Below, in pieces: positions 1 to 12,711 of a stretch of 64,000 nt of DNA. The position numbers were made by a program, and so were the translations under genes. Positions within the stretch are counted from its first letter, which is position 1; each line of letters begins with the position of its first letter. The stretch spans positions 10,044,001 through 10,108,000 of the forward strand of contig JBHGNT010000001.1 of NCBI GenBank assembly GCA_043228905.1. Reading direction: 5' to 3'. Source of the DNA: Azolla caroliniana (taxonomy: Eukaryota; Plantae; Polypodiophyta). Below the pieces are notes generated by a model. It worked only from the letters and a program-made list of their open reading frames with translations, was not told the origin of the DNA and did not search any database.

Positions 1-3000
1 TATATTTAGAGAGTGACCAATCTGCAGGAGCAGATCTGGACAAAAACTTTTGGGTTAAATACAGAATTTCTGTTGTAAATCAAAAATACCCTGACAGAAC
101 TGTTTGTAAGGAGTCATCAATATGCACGAAAACATGGAACAATTCCGTTCTGCAGTTTATGAAGGTTTCTGAGATGGTAGAACCTGATGCTGGATTTCTA
201 TTAAGAGATAGTGTGACATTCACCTGTGAAATCTTAGACTGCTGTCCTTGGTTTGAGTTCTCTGATCTTGAGGTAGATCTATTATATTTCTTAAGTGGAA
301 ACATTTATTGATAAAATGAATCTTTTCTCTTCCTGCCACCTTGTTTTTCTGATTCTTTTCTTCCTTCAGGTTATGGTATCAGATGACGAGCAGGATGTCT
401 TCTCAACAGATCCTGATGAGTTGTTAGATTCTGATGATAGCGAGGGTAGTGGTGATGAGGAAGATATCTTCAGAAATCTGTTAGCAAGAGCTGGTTTTCA
501 TCTAAGCTATGGTGATAATCCACCATTGCTTATGGATCCTTCGCAGCTGCAAGTCACTCTTAGAGAGAAGTTGTTAATGGATGCTGGTGCTATAGCAGCT
601 TTTCTTACGGGTTTGCGTGTGTACCTGGATGATCCTGCCAAAGCGAAACGACTACTTCTCCCAACAAAGTTGTCCACTGCGTCCAGTAATGGGGCTAAAA
701 AAGGCATTTCAAAAGGAGAGGCTACATCCCCAAGTTTAATGAACTTGCTAATGGGTGTCAAGGTTCTTCAGCAAGCAATTGCAGATTTACTCCTTGATAT
801 CATGGTAGAGTGTTGTCAACCATCGAATAGTGAGGAGTTTGTTGATGCGAAGTCTAGGACATCACAATCAGATACAAGCAATTTGGGTGTAAAGAACTCT
901 TTTATTTGGAGAGCTTTTGAATCTGCTGCACCAGATGTTGCGGCCCAAAGTCCTCTTGTTCAGAGACTAGACAATGAGCTTGATGGTATGATGGCAGCTC
1001 AAGCAATCCAGAGCAATGACTTCACAACTGTAGACTCCCATACTTCGAAAGGTACTATTGGGCAAAGTTCCTTGGCTTCTGCATCCATTCAAGGGGAGAT
1101 GTATGCAACTGACAATATGAGCCACTCACAAAAGGTTTTTGGATAACGTTGTAAAGCACACTTATTGACATTTAATTATACCAATAACATTGAATAATGC
1201 ACTTCATTGACATTTAATTGCTTTCTATATGTGTGACTGTAGCCAAAATGGCCAGAGCAGTCTGATGAGCTTCTTGGGTTGATAGTAAATTCATTGAGGG
1301 CATTGGATGGGGCTGTTCCACAAGGCTGTCCTGAACCTCGAAGAAGACCTCACTCTGCACAAAAAATTGCTCTAGTCCTAGAGAAGGCTCCAAAGTACTT
1401 GCAGATTGATCTGATTGCTCTAGTACCAAAGCTTGTAGATATTTCTGAACATTCCCTGGCTGCAGATGTACTTCTTGACCGCCTCCGGGAACCTCAAGCT
1501 GAACCGAGTTCACATCTGCCTGTATGTTCACTCATCTGACTGTTCTATTTTCTAACATTTTGGTTCTGGTTGCTTCTCGCTTGTAGTTCTTGTAAGGCTG
1601 ATATAATGCATAACACTATAATTTAATTGATTTGCTTGCTTTAATGCTATTATTTTCAACCTGTGGGTTTGGAATATGAATTATAAAGTTGTTTTTATGA
1701 GGAAATTGCTAGGGTAATGATCTTAAAGTCAAACACGAATGCTTTTCACAATGAATGTAACATGTTTTCAAATTTGTGGGAATATAAATGATCTCAAATT
1801 CAAACACGAATGCTTTTTATAGGTCTTAGGGGCTCTTAGTCAGTTGGATGTTGGCAGCAGTGTTTGGGAGACTGTCATGGATCAAGCTCTGAAAATTCTT
1901 CCTGATTTAAACGATGAGCCTCTTGCCGCTGCCATGAGTTTTGCTTTCAAGGCAGCTTCAAAATGTCAGCAGTTGTCAAAAGCTGTATGCATTTTTCTAG
2001 TCTTTACATCTTTCTTTGACATCATATTTGTTCCTCTCTAGGTATCAATATCTGAGCACCTGGGTGCTTGATTTCATAGGCAAAAGCTGTTCGTGAAAGG
2101 CTTAAGAAATTGGGTGCAGCTATTTCACCTAGAGTGCTAGATGTTGTTAGAAGCACAGTTAGTAGTGATATGGATGTTGGAAAAGCTCTACTAAGGGACA
2201 TTGACATAGATTGCGAGTGCAATGAACCTGACATAGCATTACCAACTTCAAGCACATTGTTTGAGGATCAAGATGGCGTTGCTATAACTGAGCAGTTGCA
2301 CCTTGCAGCAGCATGTTGGCGGGTGGCTGATGTTGATATCCTTGTAGAAATGCTTACCATACCTTCCCTTAGAACAGAGGCTCAACAAGTGTTCGAAAGA
2401 GCGATAGCTAAAGGTGCATTTGGTGAGCACTCTGTAGTCATGGTTTTGGAAAGACGACATACGCAAAGGTTAATCATGGATTCCAGGTGCCATTTGAACA
2501 ACCTACAGAGCGTGGAGGCATCCTTGCCAGGATCCAAAGATATATCCATATCTGAAGATGACAATGATTTCCCGGTGGTTCTTGGCTTGGCTGAAGCTCT
2601 AGCTCTTTCCCCCGATGTTCGGGTTAGAGAATTTGTGAGCACCCTGTATGCTGTCATGTTCAAGGTTTATTGTGGTGAAGCTTATAGAGAACGGATGTTG
2701 AGGGGGCTCGTAGAGAATGCCACAAGTAATGTGCATACACCTGTTGATTCCGAGTTAGGCATGGACATTCTGACCTTTTTGGTTGGAGAAGAAGAAGGTA
2801 CGGCAAAGCCAGTTTTGTGCATGATGCGGGAAGCCGTTGAATTAGCAAATGCAGATCGCGCTATTCTATATCAGAAGTTGCACACCAATGAAGAAGAGAT
2901 GGCCTTGGCTCGTAAAGAGAGGCAAGAAGAAATAAGCAATCTCATAAAAGAAAAGCTCACATTATCTCAAAAGGCTATTGAGGCGGAGAATGCGCAGACT

Positions 3001-6000
3001 CGCCTAAAAGTAAGCTGCTTTCCTTTATTTGCAATTCATGATATTCAGTATTTTCATTGGTCTTCATGTTTAGAGTTTTGCTATGAAGGGTGAGCTGAAA
3101 GCAGAGGTAGATCGATTGTCACGAGAAAAGAGGGATCTTGCTGAAAGACTTCAAGAGGCAGAGAGCCAATTAGATTGGATTAACTCAGAGCATGAAGATG
3201 AAGTGGCCAGATTGATTGCAGACAAAAAGAACTATCAGGAATCTTTGCGTGATGCTGAAGCACAATTATCACAGTTGAAATCTCGCAAACGTGATGAACT
3301 AAAGGTATCACGAGTTGCTCTTTGGTTCATGTGTTTGTTTTAATATAACTTCAAATGCATATGTCTAATAAAGAAAATAATGAGTGTTACATGCATGGCA
3401 ATAGCAAGAAACTTTGAAGCAAGTAGTAACATGATCATGAACTTAAATATGTAATACAACAATTGATTATAAGAATGACACACAAGATTAAACTTGATAC
3501 AAGTCAAGATATCCACATGAGGTCTCTGCATGATGAAGACATGAACTGAAACTAGGTTGGCAAGACGGAGGGGCTTTCATCTGAAGACATACCAGAAGTT
3601 GAGGTAAGGCTAGGGACATCTGTACATTTTGGTCATCAATCACATTCGTTATAAGTTGATGTCATTAATGCCAGCATAAATGATATCAATTTCTATAACT
3701 TCCTTCGTGGAAGCTTCCAGAGAAGATGAATCTTCTCTGTTCCTCTCTTCTCCTTGGATCAATAACAATCAAGCTTTATAAATAGGAAAAAAAATCTTAG
3801 TTGGTACTAAAATCTAGGAAAAGAGAGAATGTATTTAGAGAGAGGTTGCTGGTCTGGATCTGCCACCCTCCAACGCTTCCTTTCAGTTCCAGAACAGCTG
3901 TCATACATTGATTCAACCCAGGGGTTGATCAATGGTTTTTATGGAAATCACTTAATAAATGATCATCTATATTTTCTTGACTGGTACAACAGTCCAAATT
4001 GATGACTTGGAATTCCATCAACTCTTGAACAAATGGTAGTGCACTTCAATATGCTTTCTTCTAACCTTGAACGGCTGATCATTGCGCTAATGCACGAGAA
4101 CTTCTGACAGTCAATGAGGACTTGATTAGGGAGCTCCAATGTGACAAAGTAGTTGCATTAACTAAAGCAACTCAGAAGGAGAATTCAAATAGGAAATTCA
4201 GCTTTTGTGATGATGTTTGGGTTCGTGAGACATGAATGCAGTCTGCAATTTGATATGTCATAGGTCTCAAGCATCTGCTTGAGATACCTATGTTGGTCAA
4301 AGAAGATTGTTTCATAGTTGTTAAAAACGTGTATTTTATGTTTAGAACACGTTTGTTAGAATACTCTGAAGCATAGTATGTAAATTTCGTGTTCGTCTAG
4401 CGTAACATTCGTTTTCCTACGTTGGAAAACGAATGCGAATGTTATTCAAACATTCTTGTGTGTTTTTTTTTGTTTTTTTTCCATTTTTTAGGCTTATTTA
4501 CCTCATAATAAATAGTTAATCCAAAAGTATGGTATTTATCATTCTTTGAGGGTGTTTTTCATACTCGAATGCACGTATGGTTCATACTATGCTCTGAAGT
4601 ATTCTATATTTATTATACGTTTTAGAACCGCCATTTAAAAATATTTCACGTATTCTACTTATTTTAAGTATTCAACGTATATAATAAGTTAACATTTTGA
4701 AAAACTTTAAAAATTTTAAGTTCAGAAAATTTTATTTTTCCTGTTAGAAAAACTTAAAATGTAAGAAGTATATCACGTATTTTACATGTATTCTACGTAT
4801 TTTGACATATTTAACGTATTTTATCTGTAGAAGATGTATTCTGAGTGTTCTAAAAAAAGTAGAATACTTGGCATACGCGTATTCAATGCATATTGCATGC
4901 TACGTATTCTATAAGTATGGATTCTTCCATGTGATTCATAAGTTTCCATGCCTAAGAAGTAGGGAAGATGTCCTAAATTAGTCATTTCAAATGCCGTTAT
5001 AAGGGCAACTTGGGGTTTGACTAACTTTAAAGTAAAACGCCCTGTGATTAGTAGGTCATTGACATGTAATTTAATATTCATGCATAGCAAACCAAGTTTG
5101 GAAAAAACATTGAGATTGTTGTCAACATAAAAGGGCTGTAACCAAAAAGGAAAAAAAAACATTAATCTTGTCATACCAAGTTCTGCGAGCGTGCTTTAGG
5201 TCAAATATGGCTTTTTGTACAACCTGTAGCCCGTGCTTTTCTGCATAGAAATTTCAAAATCTGGATAAAAAGTGAGGCCATTTGCAGTGAGCAGGAAGTA
5301 TGATGGCACATCAAATTGAAGAGCGCCTTGTTGTTGGAGCAAAAGTTTCCTCATAATCCACTCCTTCACTCGTGAATAGCCTCTTGCAACTAAGTGTGCC
5401 TAAATGCTTATCTAAAATGCAATGACAGGAGATTATGGTCCTTACACACGAGGCTGGGGCCTACATGCACAGCAAATTGCGATTGCCTGACTGTTGTAAC
5501 CCCTTTGCAATGTCCTCGTTGGGAGACCTTTTTTGTAGCCCTTCATTGACTTGTAGCATGAATAAGAGTTATGGGGCCAAAGAAAGCTGTGATATTTCTT
5601 TGTTGATGAGCTTGTGTGGTTGTGTTGTCCTTCAACAACTTCTTCCCTGTGTCCCTTGAGTTCTAGCATCCATGGGAGCTGGTTCTTTGCCTAAATATAG
5701 CAAAGCCATTGGACTGAAGTGGATTTTCAAGATCCCTTGCTTTGGAGACCTGTCCATTCTGGATTGACAAAAAGTACAATATATCCTGCTTGTGAATCTT
5801 ACATGTATAAATGATGGGAGTCTTTAGTCGGGACGTAGTTCTATTTCTATTTCCGTTTTTACTTGGTTATGTTTATTTTCCTTCGCTGTTCTCAAAGACG
5901 AGACAAAGTTTCAAGATGTAAGATTCTATAGGCCATTTTGGCCTCTTAAATGTTAATATATCTTTCTTTCAATAGAAATAAGTTCCACTTCCATCGATGC

Positions 6001-9000
6001 TTCCCACTCAGGAAAACCGAGAGCTTCTTTTTCTGCGGCATGTTCTCGTGATTGCACAAGAAGGAAAAGCTGCAGTAGCGAAGATGCTGTTATGACATGT
6101 CCTTCTCATGTTTGTGAGAGAATTGGTGGCATACTCATGAAGTTAGCATCAGAGAGATGGGAATAAAAAATTAGCCACATTGGAAGTGGTGAGGTGCGCT
6201 TCAAGGATTGGAGTTGAAGGAGAGGATTAAGGATTTTCAGATGAAGTAGGAGTAGGAGATATGGGTGCCTTGGAGTTTAGGCATCAGAGAGATGGGAATC
6301 ACAAATGGTGTCTTGTAGCCCACCTGGGAAGTGGTGGAAGTGTGTGTCAATGATTGGAGTTGAAGAAGAGGATTAAGGATTTGCAGGTGAAGTAGGAGCC
6401 TAAGAATGTTCTCTAGCAGCTTGGTTTTCAATTGTAAATATCATATATTTTGTAGTATCCATCCAATTTCGACTCCACAAAATGAACATTCCTAAAGATG
6501 ACTAGGGACTTCGCTTCTGAGGTTAAGATAGTTGGTTCATCCAAATGCGAGGAATGTTTTTTGATGCTGAAGAAGTTTGTTTTCCTTGGCTGAATAGGTT
6601 CAGTTTGATTGAGATGTAGGATAAGATTTGGTGGAAAAAGATTTCTTGCTTTTTTCTCTTTCCTTTATACGACAGTTGGTCTGAATGTGGCCTTTGTAGG
6701 TACAATATTGACAACTTAGCTCCTCATTGGCTGGGTTGTTTTTCTGGGATTGAAGTAGGCTATTGTTAGAGTTGGTATTGAGTTTCCACTTTCTGTTGCT
6801 TACATTCTGCATGGGGAAGAGTTTGATCGGAGTTTTTTGCGCCTTTCTTCTTTGTAACCTGTCTTGAAGCATGCTACAAAAGGCTTCCGTATCAGGTGTT
6901 TTTGGAAGAAGAGAAATTGTATCACTGAAGGCTGAAAAAAATTCAGGCAATGTAGTCATCAAACTGTGAACTAGCTCCTTTTGGATAGTAATAAATTCTG
7001 TGACTTGATCCTTACCATTTGGGGTATCTCACAAATTTTGAGGTTTTCTGTTTGATTGTCAGTAACTATCATTTGACCGTGGTTAGCTTTATGATATGTT
7101 CTTCAGATGGCTTCCCATAATCAGCTGATTGTCTCTCTCTTCATCATCTGCAAATTGACTAGCATTGGTAGGTTTAATAGTATACATGAGAAAAACATGA
7201 GCACAATAATTCTTATCTCGCCAAACTTCAATATCAGCTTTAGAAGATCCCACAACCAGTTTGCCATTGGTTGAAGAAGACAAAGATGCTGATTTCGGTT
7301 TTTTCTCAATATTTTTGACAATAATTCCACAGCTGATGGGTATTATATATGAAGGTCTTCATTTGCAATTCTTAATGAAAAGGGAATAAAATCTTAATTG
7401 CTAATAAATTGTAGAGAGAATGTATCTAGAGAGAATGCTGGTCTAGAACTGCCACTCTCCAACAGATATCATATGGCAAAAGCCAAATTGCTACTTATTG
7501 TGAATTTTGCTTGTGTCATTTCATATGTATTAAGACCCTGTAGAAGTTCACTTTTAACTAATGTATGTAGCTATCTCCATTATAAGGTAATGACGCAATG
7601 TTTCGATTGAAGATAGTAAGCCATGTAGGAAGATAGGAAGTCATGTAACTAATACAGTAGGCAAAAAATCTCTAAGTGGGTTATCTAATTATTAAACCCA
7701 AAAGTGTTAAAAATATGCAATGCATACGAAATACCAGTTGCCTTGCAGTTATGTAACTGTCATGACTCAGACAATCTGTTTCTATTGCGAGTAAGGTGAA
7801 AGTGGATGTAAAGAATCCTCATAGTATATATAGGTATCGGATCCGCGTGGAAAGGAGTGGTCCTCTCTTGGATAGATCACTCATTCGCTATGATTTGTCG
7901 CTCGTGCAATCTCTCTGTCCTAACTCTGCCTGATTCTGGTATTGTCTGCTTGCATCAAGTTGGAGACAGTACAGAGAGGGGTAGCAGTTCTCTTGAAGGA
8001 GCTCGATAAATGCTTAAGTATTATCAAGGAGGCTAGATATGTGGATCAGACTTTAGCTAGCAGAGAGGCCAGTACTATAGAGATTGTGTATATCCCCCTG
8101 GATTTGTCAATTGATGAGCCTAGGATGTGAATGTTAAGAGATGCCCCATCAACAAGTGATATGTCCCTATGCTCTGTAGATGTGAGAATCAAGGTGTACT
8201 TAAAAGATAAGATTGAAATGCATTTTCTTAGCCAAGTGCACTGCAAGTCTTAATTTTTTGTATTTTATTTTATTTCCAGAGAGTGATGAAAGAGAAGAAT
8301 GCGTTGGCAGAGAGGTTAAAAAATGCAGAATCGGCTAGGAAGAAATTTGATGAAGAGCTTAAACGATTTGCAACTGAGAATGTGACACGTGAAGAGGTCA
8401 GACAGTCATTAGAAGATGAAGTTCGGCGTCTTACCCAAACGGTAGGGCAAACAAAAGGAGGACTTAAGGAAAAGGAGGAGCAGGTTATGAGGTGTGAAGC
8501 TTATATTGATGGAATGGAAGCTAAACTCCATGCTTGCCAGGTTGGGTTATTTGATTTTTTTGACATTCTATTGTAAGTTTTGCATTTGTGATCTTTTTAT
8601 TCTTGGCTTCTCATGAAGAGACAAGATTGCATTGACATTCTATTATTTTCTTTTTCACATACTATCGTAAATTTGCATTTGTGGTTTCTTTATTCGTGGC
8701 TTCTCATGGAGAGACAATACTGGAAATGAGTGAATAACTTTTTGCTAGATTATATGATATTATATGAAATTTATGGATATTTCAATACATAGGCTAGATA
8801 TTGTTGTCCTATAACAACAATATTGTGGATGTGTCCTATGGGACAAGTGTCAATATCTTCTTGGACGGAGGGAGAGGGTGTTATATTAACTTATGCTGGA
8901 GGCCACTGTTGGCCACGGTTGGCCAATGAGACAAACTAGTGTCAGTAAGAAATCAAACAAGAAACATTGTAGCTTATCATCTGCAAAAGGCCAATGATTA

Positions 9001-9594
9001 ATGCTGCGAACTATTTATAGCAGTTTGACTAGAGCCTGGCGTATACTGATTGTTCTCCTGGCGTATTAAAAGGTTAATAGTATCAGTTATGCTGGAGAAT
9101 TGGATGGTACAAGGGTGTATGTAATGCTAAATGCTAAATGGTGTACAAGTGTGGTTTGAATTTAACAGTTTCTGGTCTTAATTCATGTAAATGTAGTTGA
9201 TTTCAATCTATGTAACAAAGGTTTCTGATGTTTGTAGACATACATTCAAACACTGGAAGCATCGTTGCAAGAAGAGATGTCGCGTCATGCCCCACTCTAT
9301 GGTGTTGGTTTGGACACGCTTTCTATGAACGAACTGGAAACGTTATCTCGCATACATGAAGAAGGATTAAGGCAGTTGCGAGGTCTACAACAAATAAGGA
9401 AAGGTGGTGGTGAAGTGATGGCGACAAACCATCACGATTTGTTAGGGAATATCTCAACATTATCTTCACCTATTGGTATTTACACATCGTCAACTGTTTC
9501 CATGGGGATGCCTCCTTCAAGTACTAATGGGGCAGGGATGCATGGGAATGGACACATAAATGGAAATTTAGGACCATGGTATGCTCCAACCTAG
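1..9594 (+). CDS. MATH/TRAF-domain and coiled-coil protein (At2g25320-like), 5'-partial. Exons <1-272, 370-1134, 1243-1521, 1823-1984, 2080-3009, 3089-3304, 8280-8540, 9238-9594
   Basis: Frame 3 from base 3 reads YLESDQ..NFWVKYRISVVNQK..KESSICTKTWNNSVLQFMKVS..CEILDCCPWFEFSDLE (MATH domain). Later exons give WPEQSDELLGLIVNSLRALDGAVPQGCPEPRRRP, coiled-coil segments and C-terminal EEMSRHAPLYGVGL. Every junction is GT..AG and phase 0, and all complete exon lengths are multiples of 3. Confidence 0.92.
3780..7464 (-). mobile_element. Degenerate, internally deleted Ty1/Copia LTR retrotransposon in the long intron (3305-8279) of the MATH gene; left boundary uncertain
   Basis: Similar LTR segments at ~3790-3875 and ~7385-7464 (AGAGAGAATGTAT..GCTGGTCT..CTGCCAC.CTCCAAC). 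A purine tract lies next to the left copy on the minus strand. Coding remnants: gag knuckle CQYCTYKGHIQTNC (~6690), RT fragments NDLLITG / FEMTNLG..YFLGME / IFFDQHRYLKQML, RNase H KHIEVHYH (~4040). Confidence 0.75.
4313..4919. mobile_element. AT-rich non-autonomous DNA transposon (MITE, hAT-like) inserted in the Copia RT
   Basis: Imperfect terminal inverted repeats CATAGTTGTTAAAAACG .. CGTATTCTATAAGTATG. Flanks GATTGTTT / GATTCTTC form an 8-bp TSD with 2 mismatches. Internal ACGTATT repeats. The Copia RT reading is interrupted here and resumes on the other side. Confidence 0.6.
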
Positions 9595-10657
9595 CTATGT
9601 TTTCGGTATGTTATGATTTATTGTTGTAGCCTGGGGCAACCGTCTAGGGATGGCCAGATACATTGCCAGAGGTCTGATCGGCATAATTTGTAGCATTCAA
9701 TTTAGGGTTTCTATGTGTCCACCGTATAGGAGGACATACTCTGTAAAGTAGAGATACGGTATCCAAATGCCACTTGATAAAAGAGGTGAAAATCTTGGTT
9801 TACGAATGATGGGTCGCTCCCCGGATACCTCTGAAATCATCAGCCGTTCTTTGTACCCTTGAGTAGACACCCTATGGTTGCGTGATTTTGCATCATTCAC
9901 ATTCGTTTTGAGTATTGTTACTATTTACGCGGTGCCGCGTATTCCGATTGAGTTTGTACATTCATCCAAGGAGCTATGTATGACTAACCTTATGGGAGTC
10001 CCTCTCCTACATCTTTTGTAAAATCATTGTCATCACTAAAATGTTATCATACTACTGGCATACTAAAAAACCATAACATTCAGCCTGAGGACAACTTGAT
10101 GAGGTTTAATTAAACTTCACACTAAGCATTCTTGAACTATCTTCTCACGTCATTTTTATGATTGAGAGAAATATGCTTTGAAGGGATTATGGTCATTTTC
10201 TGTTTGGTTACCTCACGTCATGCCATAGGACATCTTATGTTTGATTGAGTCGTAACATCAATCATTAGATTTTGAGAATGTGACACTTTCTTTATCGATG
10301 AGCAAATTAATGATGGCAATTGATATAATAATCCAATGGTTTCTATTTTCTATTTTCTATATAATAATCCAATGGTGTAGAAACTTGTAATTGAACTGTA
10401 TATGAAATTTAACGAGGTCCGTTGCATAGCATTGTGATTCATTAAATGCAGACTATTTAATTATTCCTCTCATTTGAACATATCAATTTGGTGATGGGTA
10501 CACCAATCATAAGCTTATTATTTCAGCCTAGTGATAGGTAAAGATGAACTAAAGTATCATATTATATTTGTAAATGATAGATTGTCAATGATTCACTAAC
10601 AAAGGAATTAGAATACCATGAAGTGAAGAAAGGATAATTTGAATTGTGAATATGGTA

Positions 10658-11220
10658 TTTGGTTATCTTTTGATTGACTTAATAGTATCATTTGGGAAAT
10701 GGAGGACAAATCAATTATTTCTTGTAATGGGGGGCTTTTTTGCAGATTTTCCTAATCTTCATTATCGTTCTCAATAGTTTAAAATTTTTGCTGACAGCAA
10801 TTAGTATCCTTATCAAATTAAGGTCTATATTCTATTTAGTTATCTTTTGATTGACTTAATAGTATCGTTTGGGAAATGGTGGGTTTCAGTTTTGGGAAAT
10901 GGAGGACAAATCATTTACTTCTTGTGATGGGGCATTTTTGGCAGATTTTCCAAAACTTCATCATCATTCTCAATAGTTTAAAATTTTCGCTTCAGTATTC
11001 TAAGCAAATAAAGATCTATATTCCATTTAGTTATCTTTTGATTGACTTGCTAGTATCATTTGGGAAATGGAGGATTTCATTTTGGGAAATGGAGGACAAA
11101 TCAATTACTTCTTGTGATGGTGCATTTCTGGCAAGTTTTCCTAAACATCATTATCATTCTCAATACATTGTTTAAAATTTTCGCTGACGACAATTAGTGT
11201 TCTAAGCAAGATCTATATTC
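10658..11220. repeat. Tandem repeat, three copies of a ~180-190 bp unit
   Basis: TTT.GTTATCTTTTGATTGACTT..TAGTATC.TTTGGGAAATGG..GGAGGACAAATCA recurs at ~10658, ~10835 and ~11026. Confidence 0.85.
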
Positions 11221-12711
11221 AAAAGGGGAAGTCATTAGAAAATAGGGGCCTATGTATCTAGTCATCTTTAATGCTATCAAGATCGAAACACAAGTAGCTT
11301 TCAATACCACGTGTGAAGGTTCAAGGTATAAATATCTTTCCACGTTCCGTTATTTATCAAAGCCATTTGTAATGCAAGTTGCACGTTTGATGTCGAAAGA
11401 GACCATGGAAAGTCTAGCAAGGTATAGGGGTTCCAATTAGTATATGTTAAATCCATTTCCAAGAAAAAACAAAAGGAGGTGGCCAAACAAGAAAGTTGTT
11501 GAAGTGAATAAAACAAAACAAAGAGACACAAGTACCCACAACAAGAACCTTTCGTACAAGACTATCTTTCGTACAAAACTAAAGCGTATAATGAGGAGTA
11601 TAGTCAAAAAGCAACAAAACAAAACAACAAATACTAATAATTATAATGCTAACAAAATTCATTCATCTTAAAACAACATATCATATTTGCAAAATTTCCT
11701 TAATAATAAGTAAAGTTCCAATTCAAGATTCCATGCAAAGCACAACGTGATGTTAGTCGCCAAATATGATGAGGTTTCTTTAGACTCTTGAAACCAATGA
11801 ACCATCACTTGAACCCACATGATGGGGGAATGAGCAAATCAAGTTTATATATATGTTAAGAAAAAAACTACAAAATGATTAGAGGATCGACAACGCGTCT
11901 TTGTAATTTTAACATGACATAGTTTTATGTATAAATCATGTCTTTGTAATTTAACAAGACATAGTTTAATATGTAAATCACGCATTGGGACACAATGTTA
12001 AGTTAACATTGATGTAACTTTGTTTAGCATATGGCGGTGAAAACATGACTCTTTAACTTCTTCAGTTTTTTTTTTTTCATATCATGTATCAAACATTTAC
12101 AGATTTACATGTTACATTAGGTTTATTGCAAGGGGGACATAAGATCTTTAAAAAGAAAGAGAACAATTGTTGTTTCATTGTGGAAATTAACACTACTCTT
12201 TACAAACAACTTTTCGAACGAGGCTTGGTCCCAAACCAAGATATCACCACTCTAGAGAGAGAGAGAGACACATTGTTGCTAATACAAGAAGGTCGGCCCG
12301 ACCGACCGATATTTTATACATGGAGGAGGAACATTGGTCGGGTGTATTGGTCTAGTAAAATTGTTATTTCGATAGAAGGTGTGGAACGATAGATGGGTAA
12401 CGATGCGGTTGCGGGTGCTGGCTATTTTTATACAATGAATGCGAAGAGGCTTCGTGGATTGATTAAGGAGAGAAACTACGATGACAAACAATGACAACAA
12501 CAACTATGTATAGTTCTACATGGGTAGGATCTAGGATGCTACTTCCTACTACTACTACTACATTATTTACTACAACTACTAGTAGTGATCTTTCTCTCTC
12601 CCTTCCCTTCCCTTCCCTTCCGTGCTATAGTGATGATATAACAAAACAAAATGATGAGTATATTTCTACTAAACCCCGCCTAGGGGCGGGGCGGGGCGGG
12701 GGCGGGTTCGC

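Noticed and set aside
1716-1817. Small intronic duplications (also ~8578-8716)
   Set aside because: Ordinary local duplications that leave the splice sites intact.
7780-8246. Possible extra exon or non-LTR fragment in the long intron
   Set aside because: The exons ending at 3304 and starting at 8280 join in frame without it, and I found no convincing motif.
12299-12342. Short hairpin downstream of the transporter as a miRNA precursor
   Set aside because: The stem is only about 12 bp and imperfect, too short to support the call.
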